From Camelus dromedarius (lineage: Eukaryota): DNA of 64,000 nucleotides. Where the stretch lies: contig NC_087445.1 in assembly GCF_036321535.1 (NCBI RefSeq), forward strand, positions 78,120,001-78,184,000. Reading direction: 5' to 3'. Shown here in pieces: positions 46,501 through 59,039 of the stretch. Every line of letters starts with the position of its first letter. Position 1 is the first letter of the stretch. The position numbers and the translations under genes are program-made. The notes beneath the pieces were generated by a model. The model did not search any database and was not told the DNA's origin. It saw only the letters and a list, made by a program, of their open reading frames with translations.

Positions 46501-49500
46501 TTCTAAGAACTCGGTGATTAAAAACTCCAGTTCAGTTAAAGGTTGTTTGTGGAGAACCTGCCCGGTCGTCATAGCAGCCCCAGGGCTGCTCTTCTGGGAG
46601 AGAGGAGCCAGGCTGCAGTGGAAGGAGCAGCAGGGGGACAGGGCCTCTCTTCCGGGCTTCAGGGCTTCAGGGGTGGTGGCCTGGCTGGCCGGGAGGGATG
46701 GAGGAAGGGAGGGCCAGGTTACGGGGAATCGCAGCTGCAGGATGAGCAGAGTCGGGTGCTGGGTCCCCCACACGTCCCAGGGAACCAGAGTTAAAATGCT
46801 TAGACATTTAGTTTGAACTCTGGTTGAATAAACACTGATGTCTCTGCTCTGAGCGACCTGGCGGGAGTGGGAGCTGAGGGGCTCATCCTGCCCCGTGTCC
46901 AAACCCGGGGCAACCGGAGCGTTCTGGGTGTCAGATGCACAGTGGGTGAACGTGAGCGGTGCGGGCCGGGTGGTTGGGGTGGCCCACGCGCCTCACTTTC
47001 CAGTCTTCGTTCAGCTGCCCGCCGCTCCCCCGCCAGCGCCTTCGTATGCTTTAATCAGGTCCCGGTAGCCAAGTATCGTTTTTGCTCCACAAGCCATGGC
47101 CATTTTTGAGACTCCTCTCTGGTTCGCATTGGTATCTGTTACGTACTCAGTGTGGCCAGGCCAGAGCCCTGTCTGCTGGGAGATTGTGGCTGCCCTGGGG
47201 CTCCAGGGAGGCTGTGCTCAGGCTGAGTGTTGGTGGGGTCCCAGGGGCCAGGCCACAAACAGACCTTCGTCTCCTGTTCCTCCCTCTCCGCCGCGCCCTC
47301 TGTTTCCGGAGGGTTGTAGAGCTTTGGTCCCCTCGCTCCCCGGCCCTTGGCTACCACGTATCCAGGCCCCACCCTTTCTCACCTCCTAGCCCGCCACCTC
47401 CCACCTTCCCCGCTCATGCGCTGGCCGCTCAGGGCCGCAGAAGCAGCGCATTGCCAGCTCTGGGCAGTGAAGCAGCAGCCACGGATGTGGCTGCATTCGG
47501 ATCTAGGTCTGTATCCCTGACTCGCAAGCTGAGCCTCCCAAGCTGAGCATCAGCCCGTGGCTGGGAGGAGTCAGCACCCTCGCGCTCCTCCCTCCCAGGC
47601 CTTGCCCGACCGTCCCAGAGAGCCCCAGGCTTGGGACCCTGCCTCCTGAGGTGTGCCCTGCCCGCCTCAGCTCCAGGAGGGCTGGGTTCCCCCTGGCTCA
47701 GCACTCTCAACCTGGCGTGGGGACCCGGGGCTCCTTAGCTTCCTTCTGCTTCTCACTGCGGACCCCACGGTGTCACTCCTCTGCCCTCTGTCCACTTAGA
47801 ACCTGCTCCCTCTGCTCTCGCCTCTGCAGCTCGTCCCCACCCTCTGGTGGCCCCTTCACTGTCCCCTGTGTCCTGTGGGTGGGGTGCACCCAAGTGGATG
47901 TGGCCCTGATCCCTGACCCAGAGCAGGGGTACTGGAGTGGGGGCGGCACGTGGCTGACCGGGGACCCGCAGTCCAGCACCGAGGACGAACCTGGGGCCTC
48001 GCAGGCGCAGCGGTGGCCTGAGTCCTGCGTGCGCTCTGTCAATGCCTTGCTCCTTTTGTTGCCAGAGCTGCCATGAGGGCCACTGCCCATTCATGCTGAC
48101 CGAGTGCCCAGCGTGCAAGGGCCTGGTCCGCCTCGGCGAGAAGGAGCAGCACCTGGAGCACGAGTGTCCGGAGAGGAGCCTCACCTGCAGGCACTGCAGG
48201 GCGCCCTGCTGCTCGGCTGACGTGAGGGTGAGGGCCAGGGGCCTCGGCCTGCCCCCGGGGGAGCTGGGTCGGGCCGAGGGCAGGGCCAGCCGCTCTCCGA
48301 GGCTGTCGGTGTTGGAGGAGCTCTCGCGCAGTGGGTGGCAGCACAAGGCCATGCCACCCACATCACCCTTTCTCGCTCATGCCACCTTCGCCACGTGCCT
48401 GGCTGCCTCGGGCCTCCCTCGGCTCACACAGAACCAGCCCCAGACGCGAGGCTTCATCCGAAAACTCTTCAGAGTGTGTTTCTCAGGCGTTGTGGGTGGG
48501 GTGTACATCCGTGGAGCTGTCACATGTTACTGTCGCGCCTGGAATTTCACGTGCTTCCTGAGGTGGCGGGCTCACATGGTGCCCACGTTTTTGGCATCTG
48601 TCCGTTGACTTGGTGCATCAGGACCCAGACACCCACTGCTCCCCCACTGTCTGCAGATCTCCATCTTCAGTGGTTCCCCATGGGTGTCTTTTTTTCCTTT
48701 TCTTTTATCTGTTGAAGAAGCTGGGTCATTCTGCACTTGGCCAGTTGGGTCCCGAGGTGTCTTTTACACCCGTGAAGCATCAGATCTGGTGAGAGCTGGG
48801 CCCAGCCCATCAGGGAGCCTGCCCTGTGCACCTCATGAGGCCCCTCCTGGAGACCTTGGCTGCTCAGGTGCCCCCACCACTGACACTGTGCCTCCTGAGG
48901 TTCCTTCCTCAGGCCGGGCTGGCGCTCCCCGTCTGCCTGGCTCCACTGTGCGAGAGTGGAGCGGCAAGGTCCCAGGGCCCTGCCAGATGAGGGGATGCCC
49001 TCAACCTGCAGCCCCCCGGTGCCAAGCGGTCTCAGAGCACCGGGGATGGGTGCTGGCCCTCGCGTCACACGGCCTCCTCGGGCTCCGACACACCCACGCG
49101 TCTCTTGCAGGCTCACCACCAGGTCTGCCCCAAGTTCCCCTTGACCTGCGATGGCTGCGGCAAAAAGAAGATCTCGCGTGAGAGAGTGAGTGGCCCCTGC
49201 AGACCCATGGGCACCTACAGGATGGCCCACGGCTCCAGCAGTTTGGGGGGAGGTGTCATAGGCGTCACCCGTGGGTGAAAGAGGGGGCCGAGCTGGGGAG
49301 AGGGGGTGGTGGCAGGGTTCCCCTCGCCTCTTCCTGCCCCCACCCCCTCGCCTGGCACCGCCTCCCTCCTGAAATGCTTGGCCTCGGGAGCTGGAGTCTG
49401 GGCCCTGCCAAGTTTGTACGCGCGCGCGCGTGTGTGTGTGTGTGTGTGTGTAGCCGTTGGTGCTGCAGGACGTCCATCTGTGATGGTGGCGTGGGGCGCA

Positions 49501-52500
49501 TCTAGCGTCCTGCTGGGTGATAGCTTCACGGGCATGGCCCCTGCGTCACTCTTGACTCTCCAGGAGTTCATTCCGTGGTGACCGGTGTCCCTCCAGCCCT
49601 TCGCGCTCTGGGAGGACGTTCCTCATGCAGCCTGTTTGAAGCCCAGCTCAGCGGCCTTTTCTCAGGAGAGGCAGCTGTCAGCATCCAATGAAGCTCGTTT
49701 CTTTCCTTTTGTTTTGAGCTCTTAAGATTGCTCCTTAAAGAGTAATTGTCGGGTAGGTTGTTAGATGGTTACAGCCCTCCACGGTGAAGAGTAGGAAGAG
49801 GGCGCGTCTGAGCAGTCGGGGAGGCGCGTGGCCCGAGTGGAGCTCGGGGCTCCAGGACCCGCGCGTCGGCAGGGAGACGCCGTGCCTGACGCCCCGCGGG
49901 CCCCCGCACACGGGCGTGCCTGCGTCCAGGCTGGGCTCCGGGGGCGTTGCGCAAGGTGTGCCTGTGACTGAGGGCTTTCTGGCCTCAATTTCATCCGTCT
50001 TTCCCACCGGGACCCGTTCATGCCCCTGCCTGCTTGTTGGCATGGCTCCCGGCCTCTTTTTTCTCTCTGCTTGGAGCTCTGTGTGTGTCGGGGGTTCAGC
50101 CTTGTATTTTACTGAGTGGTATTTTTGCTTCGTTTCTGTTTTGTTATGGGGAACTGTTCAAGATTTTTTTCACTGATTTTGGATTTTGACCCAGAGTTGA
50201 GCCTGTCTTTCCTGCGAGTATAGGTCTGATTTTCTCACATTTCAGGTCCTTGGCGGGTAGAGGTCAGTGGCTGCTCGTCCGCTTCCCCCTACTTCTGACA
50301 GTGTCAGTCTGTCTGTCTGCACTGGCCGTGGTGTGACTGGGTCAGAGCCAAGTGTCCGTGCGGCTGGCTGCCATCTGGGTCTCGTGTTCTGCTCTGTTGG
50401 TCTTGGTGTCGTGGGCCAGCAGGCCCGTGATGGGTGTCTGCCCCCGCGTCACGCCGCTCCTCGTGCCGGGCTTGGTTGGAGGCCCAGGCTGGCGGCCCCA
50501 GGGCCCCAGGGCGTCAAACTCACCTGTGAGGGATGAGACACAGGTTGCTCTCTGGGACAGGCACGGGACAGGGTCTTCAAGGGCATTTGAAATGGCCCAT
50601 GTGTGGGAGGCTCTCAGTCTGCAGATGCCTGGGCTGTCAGCCCGCTTCGAACCACACACGCGCACCCAAGCAGGTGCATGTATGTTACATGCACGAGCGT
50701 GTGCTCGTGCACCGCTGCTTTGGGAACAGGTGGTTGGGTTTCAGGAGGGGTGAGTGACTGGAACAGAGAAGTAATGGCGGTTGACATCAGGCCCTTTAGT
50801 TTCAGGACCACGTCAGGACATGTGGCAAATGCCGGGTCCCATGCAGATTCCACGCTATTGGCTGCCCCGAGATGGTGAGTCTGGTTCTGGTGGGGCTCTT
50901 GGGGCTGGGTGGGTGCTGAGTTGGTCCCCTGGGAGCTCCCGGTTCCTGAGCAGAGGTTGGCAGACATGACCGCATCCTCCTGGACACAGTCTTCACTCCA
51001 CCCCCAGCCTGGCTCTCGGGTGGGTTCTGTCCACTCATCCTCCAGGTGGTCCAGGTGGCCTCTGGTGCCCGGCTTGGCCACCTCAGCTGCAGAGGACGCC
51101 CAGCACACCGTGCGCCTCCCTGAGGTCTAGTGATGCCCTCCTCTGCCCAGTCCTCCCGCCTCCCTCAAGAGAGCTCCTTAGCTCACCCAGCTGCTCCAGC
51201 CAGAAGCCCATTGGTCGTTCTGGACCCTTCCCCTGTGTGTCCCACGTCACGTTCAGTCTGCCTGCAGACAGGTCCCAGACCCTCCTGGCCCACTGCCTCA
51301 CCTCTGGCCTGCGTGGCCTTCCTGCGTGGTCTGTCCCGGCTGTCTCTGTCCTCGCTCCTCTGCTGGTCCCCAGCCTGGTCGTCCTCCAGGGCACTGACCT
51401 TCCCAGGGCCTTGACCCGCCTCCCGAGTGCATGCTCACCAGGCAGCCGCCTGTCCACCTGGCCCTTGCCCTCCTTCCCTGGACTGTTCCTCGCCCCCGAG
51501 GGCTGCCTAGAAAGACTGGCACATGGCCTCTGCCCCAGCAATACCCCAGTGGCGTTTCCAGTGCCAGCAGTCCTGGCGGTGTTGTCACTTGGTGACCTGA
51601 CACTTGGCTACAGTGTCTTGCTTTGTTTTCTCTGCGGATGGTAAATATGGCCAGTGCCCCTCCTTTCCCTTGGTCTGTGTTTGACCTCCTGCTTCTGGGC
51701 ATCGCGGTGCTAGTCACGTGTCCGGTCCCACGGAGGGCAGGTCATGGACCTTGTTGACCCACCTTCCACGTCAGCGTCCAGTGGTCCCAGGTGGTCCCAG
51801 ATGCTCTGGGCACTTTGCCTCTTGAGGTTCCTTACTTTCTTCCTTCAGATTTTCTGAGAGTCTCTGACTTTTTCAGACTTGTTGTGGAGGCTTAGAAGAG
51901 ACTGGGCTGCCAAGTCAGATCTGCACAACAAGGACTGTTTGAGGAAGATGTGTTTCACCCCCTCCCCCCCGCCCCCAGCCGTGGGCAGCTTTTGTAATGG
52001 CACGTTCCTCCCTGTCACCTGGAGTGTCGGGAGGTTTGCTTTCCAAACATGATTGAGTTCAGGGACACGCGAGATGCTGGCAGGTAGACGTGCTGGAGAA
52101 GTCACTCCCCGTATCATCCTCGCTTTCTGGGTGCTTGGTCCCTGCTGAGGGCCACGCCCCCTCAGGGGTCCCTGGGTCAGGGCTGAACGCAGCACAGTGT
52201 CGCGAGCCTCTCCGTCCTGCCTCCCCAGGTGGAGGGCGAACAGCAGCAGGAGCATGAGGCGCAGCATCTCCGTGAGCACCTGGCCATGCTGCTGGGCGCC
52301 CTCCTGGAGGCCGGGCCCCGCCCCGGAAACGGCCGCCCCCTCCTCGGCCAGGGCGAGCCGGGTGGCTGGGACGCCATCACGCTGGGCCCGGGGATGGGGC
52401 TCTCCGCGGCCGCAGAGCTACTGCAGAGGTGCGAGGCCCTGGAGCGTAAGACGGCCACCTTTGAGAACATTGTCTGCGTGCTGAACCGGGAGGTGGAGAG

Positions 52501-55327
52501 GGTGGCCGTGACCGCCGAGGCCTGTGGCCGGCAGCACCGGCTGGACCAGGACCGGATCGAAGCCCTGAGTAACAAGGTTTGTGCACAGGGGCGGGGGGCG
52601 CTTGCCTGCGGTGCCCGGGCCCCATCAGGCAGGTGCCTGGGCTCAGGGTTTCAGAGCAGCGCCTGGATTTCCAGCACGCTCTCCGCGCTCTGCTGTGCCT
52701 CCTGTGTCTGAGCGGAGCCCCTCTCTGAGCCCCGTTCCCTGAGGGACCCGACTCGGGCCTAGACGGGCTGCCAGTGGAGCCTCTTCTCCAACCTGGGGGC
52801 AGATGTAGCCGTGGGAATGTGCCTTGTGCTTTGTGTGGGTCCTGTGAGCGAGTTTCCTTGTGAGGTTGAGGGTCTTGTGGGTGTGGAGCTGATCTGAGAG
52901 AAACTGAACCGGGGGAAGGCTGGGGCGCTGGGAGAGGCCCTCCCTTCCTTTGGCAGACTAGGGGGGAGGTGGGGGCACCCACACTCCTGCGAGACAGGAG
53001 GTGGTCTCCGTGGAGGCCCCGTCTGGCCCGGTGCCCAGCAGGCATGTCCTAACGGCCCTGGTGCCACAGGTGCAGCAGCTCGAGAGGAGCATTGGCCTGA
53101 AGGACCTGGCGATGGCCGACCTGGAGCAGAAGGTCCACGAGATGGAGGCGTCCACCTTCGATGGAGTGTTCATCTGGAAGATCTCTGACTTCGCCAGGAA
53201 GCGCCAGGAAGCTGTGGCGGGCCGCACGCCTGCTATCTTCTCCCCAGGTGCCATTCTGGAACTTGTCCCCCCACGTTGGGTGCCCCGGGCACCGTGTCCC
53301 CCAGGCTAGAGTCTGCCTCCTGCTGAGGCCAGGAGCAGGTGCGCCTCTGAGAGGGTGAGGGGTGACAAGTCCCCCAGGCCGGGCCCTCCCAGCGAGCCGG
53401 CCTCCCCTCAGCGCCCCCCGGCTGTGGGGCCACAGGCGGAGTGATGGGGACCAGAAGGAGGACAGCTGGGCGAGGCTCACGTGCTGCCGTTTCTCAGCCT
53501 CTCTCGTCCCTGACTGTCGGGGGCGCTTGGGGGGTTTCCTCTGGGCAGTTCTGCAGAGGGGGCCCCTGCCTTCCTGCAAGTCCCTCCCCCGGCGCCCCCA
53601 GTGAGGCCCTCACTGTGTGCACGGCGGCCGTCTGGCCGTTGTCTTCCCTGCTCAGCCCTCTCCGGTGATGGACCCCGCAGTCGGTGGGCTGTGCACACAT
53701 GCCCTTCATTCTAGTGAACCTGCTGTTGGAGTCGCGTGTCCCTAGTCTGGCTGAGCGGGTGCAGGCGCTCCTCCTGTTTGACTTGATGGGGCAGGAAGGG
53801 AGGGTCCGGGTGGGCAGGGGCCTCTACTTTGGCAGAGGCTGCCTGGCCTGGCCTGCCTGGCACATCTCAGGCGCGAACTTGGGCTTCAGGGCCCCGAGGG
53901 GAGGTGGGCTGCGGAGGTGCCGCAGGAAAGCAGTCAGAAATGCGGTCTGCAGGCCGCCTGCCCGCGGGGTCGTGTCTTGTTACTTAAGAGACAGCTGTCA
54001 TGGTGTCTGGCAGTTGCTTCTCTCCGCACCCTGTTGGATGTCCGGTGTGTCTGGGCCGGGCCTGGGCCGACATGGCCCCTTTGCCCAGAGCCCCAGCCGG
54101 TGGTGCTGACCTGCAATCCTGGCGGCCCCGCAGCTCTGGCTCGCAGCTGACAGCACGGCCAGCGTGGCAGATAGGCAGGGGTCTTAAAGTGCTGCTGCTG
54201 ATCGTGACTTTTCTTTCCGAAAGAAACTTGTTTTCACTAGCAACTAACTTTGCACACCTGGAGGGAAAAGGCCCCTTCCATGTGTGCCCGGGGCGGTGGT
54301 GGGCAGGCCAAGCCTGCAGGCAGGGCTCACCGGTGCCTCCCCCGCAGCCTTCTACACGAGCAGGTACGGCTACAAGATGTGCCTGCGCGCCTACCTGAAC
54401 GGGGACGGCACGGGGCGCGGGACGCACCTGTCTCTCTTCTTCGTGCTGATGAAGGGCCCCAACGACGCTCTCCTGCGGTGGCCCTTCAACCAGAAGGTGC
54501 GTGAGGCTGGGGGAACCTGGGAGGCCCTCAGGGTGGCAGGTGTGGGGCAGGCACCCAGGCTCCGGAGTCACCACGGTGGAGGGCTAGGGCGGCACTCGTT
54601 TCTCCGGCCACACCGCCAGGCCGGCCACCGGCCTCACAGCCATCAGGACCAGCAGTCAGAAGTGCCCCCCGGAGACTGTTTCAAAGGAGGGAGCCGTTAC
54701 CTGGGGGCGCAGCCGTATCCCTTGGAAAGCGGAGCCACTGGGGTGGGGGCTGGTGCTCCAGGGACCAGGGCAGCCGGACGCTGTGACATTGCAGAGCGCA
54801 AGCCGAACCCCGCCTCTCCCTGAGGAGTGCTGCCCAGGGGGTGGTTGGGGGGCGGCTGTGTGAGCCCTTTGGTGAGAGAACATCCATTAGTCGGGTGTTG
54901 TTAAGAAAAAGCACAGGTGGACGCAGGGCTGTGGTGCTGGGTGTCAGCTTGGGTCCCTGGCGTCAGCGCACAGAAAGCACCAGAACGGGCGCAGGTTGCC
55001 GGACAGGGGCTGACGCCGTGGTCCCAGCGCGCAGCAGCCGAGGGGCTTCCCGGCGTGCGGGCCAGCTGGGGCTCACGGGTGCTGTCCCTCTGGGTGCTGT
55101 CCTCCCAGGTCACTCTGATGCTGCTCGACCAGAACAACCGGGAGCACGTGATCGATGCCTTCAGGCCCGACGTGACCTCGTCCTCTTTCCAGAGGCCGGT
55201 CAGTGACATGAACATCGCTAGCGGCTGCCCGCTCTTCTGCCCCGTCTCCAAGATGGAGGCCAAGAGCTCCTACGTGCGTGACGACGCCATCTTCATCAAG
55301 GCCATCGTGGACCTGACGGGGCTGTAG
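43505..55327 (+). CDS. TRAF2: TNF receptor-associated factor 2, 10 coding exons, 523 aa
   Basis: Exons 43505-43692, 44222-44300, 44510-44608, 48066-48227, 49111-49185, 50800-50874, 52229-52576, 53070-53247, 54348-54496 and 55109-55327 total 1572 nt, all GT-AG. Contains the RING (CSAC..CGHRYC..C..CAAC), TRAF zinc fingers, coiled coil and MATH domain (FIWKISDF...[18 protein letters not shown]). Confidence 0.97.
43795..43937 (-). mobile_element. tRNA-derived SINE (vic-1-like) in TRAF2 intron 2
   Basis: Minus strand GGGGAGGGTACAGCTCAAGTGGCAGAG...GGGTTCAATCCCCAGTGCCTCC...AAATAAACCTAATTACCTCCC plus A-rich tail. Confidence 0.88.
45090..45600 (+). mobile_element. L1MB-like 3' fragment, strongly GC-shifted
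   Basis: GGAACCGTATTCAGTCTTGAAAAGGAAG...GACCTGGAGGACGTCATGCTGAGTGAA...GAGTCAAACCCATGGAGACAGGAAGT is collinear with the L1M 3' region. Confidence 0.7.
49415..49452. repeat. Compound (CG)6(TG)10 microsatellite
   Basis: TGTA-(CG)6-(TG)10-TA: 38 bp of uninterrupted purine-pyrimidine alternation. Confidence 0.95.
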
Positions 55328-55745
55328 CCACTTCCCCTGCTCGGGGCCATGGCTCAGGAAGGGGCCAATGCGCTGGGCCCGCGCCTCACTGTGGGCGGGC
55401 GGGCGGGCGGGCGCCCGCCGAGTTCACGTCCTCCTGGGAAGGGGCTGCCTCCCGGGAGAGGGCCCAGCCCCGGGCTGCGGGAGGCGGGCCGAGGGCCAGC
55501 GTGCGCCTCCGGCGGGCGGTCAGTGCGGGCGCTCAGTGCGCTTGGGGTGCCGCAGGGGCGGCCAGGGCCGGTGAGCGGAGGGAGGTGGGCAGCCCCCCGG
55601 CCACAGTGAGGGGCCTGTGGAGAGAGGGACAGTCTCAGGCCTGGCTGCCAACCAGGTCAGGCCACCGTGGGGGAGGGCGCCCCGAGTCCTCGGCCCGGCG
55701 GCACACGGGGCCACATTCAGCCCCGCCAGGCGTGGAGAAGGCGTC

Positions 55746-55751
55746 ACTAAA
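55746..55751 (+). terminator. Candidate TRAF2 poly(A) signal, variant ACTAAA
   Basis: Followed about 15-40 nt later by GU-rich TGTGGTGAGTGGTGTCTGGTTGG. No AATAAA/ATTAAA seen between the stop and 56435. Confidence 0.45.
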
Positions 55752-56319
55752 ACCCTGAAATCCCTGTGGTGAGTGGTGTCTGGTTGGCTCTGGCCTGGGC
55801 GGTGGGGACCCTGGCAGGGCCACCTGGCTTCCTGCCCTCCACACCCCGCTGTGTTTCCCCAGCTCCCTGAGCAGTGACGTGGGTTCCCAGACGCTCCACA
55901 CTCGCTCCTGCGGGCCTTGGTGAAGTCGGCCTTCTCTCTCTGGAGTGCTGTTCGCTGGGCGCGCTTCATCCCTCAGGCCCTCCTAGGGGCTGTCTTTGCA
56001 GCAGGGCCACGTGTGCGCCCCCCATTTTGGCCTGCCCGTCCCTTCATGCGGGGACCCCCTGGGCCTAGGAGAACGGCCAGTGGCTTCAGCTGCATTTGGG
56101 GACCTGACGAGTGCTGCTGCTCCAGGACAGGGAGCCCCTGACTTGCAGGCAGCGCCCTGACCTCAGAGGCTCTGCTGGGCCCGGGCTGGGGTCTTGGCAG
56201 GGGGTGTGGGGCGGGTGCAGCTCCACTCAGGTGCTGGCCAGCAGCTGTCCCCACTGGTCACACTGGTGACCAGGAGGGAGTGACTCCAGAGGCTGGGGTC
56301 TTCCCCTCAACGTCAGTCA

Positions 56320-58700
56320 CTTCTCTGTTTTGAGGAGTTAGGCGTAGAAATGCATGGAGAACGGTGAAAAAGCTCCGTGTGTCCACCTCCCAGAACTAAC
56401 AGACGTGCACATTTTGAATTATGTACGTATTTTAATTAAAAAGAAATGTTGCAGGAAAGTTGAAGTCCTTTCACCCCCTTTCCGTTGTCTCAGCTAAGCT
56501 GCCCACGGCACCGTCCTCACAGGGTTCTGAGCTGTAATTTTTGTTTCTGTACGTTTTGGCGGGCACTCGTAAGACGTGTGTATCTTGTGAGCCAACTGGG
56601 TCTCATACACCGAGTTCCCTGCAGGCAGCTCCCCCTCCACTTTGTAAAGCCTGGCGTGTTGGCATCCGGCTTGTCACCTCCCTCCATGTCCCCACCCCAG
56701 CACAGACCTCCCTGAGGAGGAGTGTTCCCAGCACTGCAGGCTGCCTGCTCCCCCGGGACCCCTGTGGGGGCGGGTCCCGTGCGCCTCCTGGTGGAGTCCC
56801 CACTGTTCCCGGGACCTGGGCCTGGAGCGTGTCTTGAACTGTGTGGACGTGTGTGCAGAGGTGGGAGCCTCGTACCATCGGTGCTGGGCCCTCTCCTTTG
56901 TCAACAGTGCTGCTGCCGACCGCGTGTTCCAGAAATCCTAACCTTCCCCAGGCTTGAAAAACACTGTTCTGATGGTTTTAAAGTTTTGTTTTTAACGTCC
57001 TGGGTTTTTACATTGGAAATTTATTTGTGTAATGGTGTTTGTGCACACGTGTGTATATGTATATATGTATACATATAGATGCATGTATTTTCCATTAGGT
57101 CAGTCCAGGTTAGACCAAGGAGATGAGTGAGTTTTTTTCCTTACCCTTAAAATGAAACCACAGTGAAGTGAGAGGAGTAGCAAGGTGCTCACCCGCGGAG
57201 GGGCTGGCGGGGGCGGCGCCAGGAGGGAGGCTCGGGGACTGCAGGCAGTGGGGGGTCCTCCATCTAGGGGGCTCACAGAGGCATCACAGAGGCATCGTGA
57301 TGCGCAGGAGGGCAGGGTCAGGGTTCGGAAGGAGGGAGCAGAGTCCACCCGGATCTGCAGGGGCCACCCCTCTCCCCTCACTGGGAGCTGCCATGGGGAC
57401 ACATCCGCAGGGAAACCAGGGACCCAGGGAAAAGGGGTGCTCAGTTGGGCAACCAGGAGCAGGCCTGGTATGGCACCTGGCCCAGCCCAGGGAGCAGCAG
57501 GCCCTGCTCACCTCCAGACGTTCACATAGCTGGATGCATCCAGCCTGCCTTTTACATCTGAGTTCTCGGAGCATCAAGGTTTCAAGGTTCCGCAGCTTGA
57601 ACGATGGTCCGTTGTACGGATGGACCGCATTCCATCCACACACGGTAATGGACTGGAGCGTGGTCCCCCCTCCGGTGTCACATGCAGGTCTTAGTGTGGA
57701 CAGCGGTGCCTCCCCTGGAAACTGCTGGAGGAGCACCCACCCCGTTATCTCCCAGAGTGGTGGCACCCCCTGCCTCTCCCCCTGGGGCACGATCTTTCAT
57801 TTACGCCTTCATTGGACCACCTACTCCCTTGTCTTCCCCATGTGGTTGCTAGAATCTTAGTTCCGTCTCATCTCTTCAATGCACAAAATAATTACCTAAA
57901 AACACTCAGTAGAGGTCACAGCTTCGTGTGTGCTGTTTGACCTAAGCTGACCTGTGTCCGTGGAGGTTCCTCGTCTGGAGAAAGGATACCGCCTTCCTGT
58001 GACTGTGGGTGTCTTTATTTTACCCTTGCTTCTGATACTGATTATCTGGGTTTAGAATTCTGGGTTGATGGTTTTTTACCCCAGCACTTTGAATCTGCAG
58101 ATCCAGTGTCATCTGGGCCTGTTGCAGATGAAACGTCTGCTGCTAGTTTGTTACCCTTCTTACGAGTAAAATGTGTTTTCTCCCTAAGAGCTTTTAAATA
58201 TTATCACAGAGTAGAACTGGTTTACGATGTTCTTGGGGTGCAGCTCTGAGTTTTAACACGTATAGGTTGACATCAGCACTGCCCTGACCAGAACACGGCA
58301 TCTCCACCATCTGTCTAGATGCTGTCCCTCTGGTCCCCCACCTATGACCCCATGGTGACAACCTGTTCTCCGTCACTGCAGTTCTGTCTTTCCAAGGACG
58401 TTGTACAGATGGAGTCGTAGTGTGAAACCTCTGAGACTGGCTTCTTCCGCTCAGCCGAACGCCTCTGGGGTCCAACGTGATGTCACCAGAATTCTGGTCC
58501 TCCTCGGCTGCGCGGCATCCCATGGTGCGGACAGGCCACGGGCAGTCCGTCTGCACACCTGCTGGAGGGTAGCAAGGACTTCCCAGGTGTCTGCAGGTGC
58601 AATCAGAGCCACTGTGAGACTCAGCTCTGTTGTCGCCGGGCCTGGGCTCGCTTGCCTTCCCTGCGGGCTGCTGGCTCATGCAGTCAGTGTAGTTTAAAGG
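56320..58700 (-). mobile_element. Mosaic of old L1M fragments
   Basis: L1 3'-end-like segments at about 56320-56600, 57480-57850 and 58350-58700, and T-rich L1-antisense-like sequence at 57900-58350. Confidence 0.5.
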
Positions 58701-58707
58701 CATAAGA

Positions 58708-59037
58708 ACCTGTGGTCTGAATGTGTGCGCATCTTCCAAATTCACGTGCTGAAACCTAACCCCCAAGGGGATGGCGGATGGAGGGGAGGCCTTCGGGAGG
58801 TGACGAGATTGTGAGGGTAGAGCCTCGGGATGGGGCGAGTACCCCCAAAGCGGGGCCGCAGAAGCCCCTTTCTTCCCCACAGGGACCTGGTGCCTAGTCT
58901 GCAACACTACCAGGCCGGCTCCCGCTCGCAGCCTCAGTTCTCAGTTCAGCCTCCAGAACTGCGAGGAAGAAATGTCTGTTGTTTGTAAGCCACTAGGTCT
59001 GTGGCGTTTTGTTATGCAGCTTGAGCTGGCTGAGGCA
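58708..59037 (+). mobile_element. MaLR LTR (MLT1A-like)
   Basis: Starts TGTGGTCTGAATGTGTG...AAATTCACGTGCTGAAACCTAACCCCC; ends CAGCCTCCAGAACTGCGAG...AAATGTCTGTTGTTTGTAAGCCAC...TTTGTTATGCAGC. Confidence 0.8.
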
Positions 59038-59039
59038 AC

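Noticed and set aside
57040-57085. Alternating purine-pyrimidine tract as Z-DNA
   Set aside because: Mostly AT/TA dinucleotides, which form Z-DNA poorly; ordinary low-complexity sequence.
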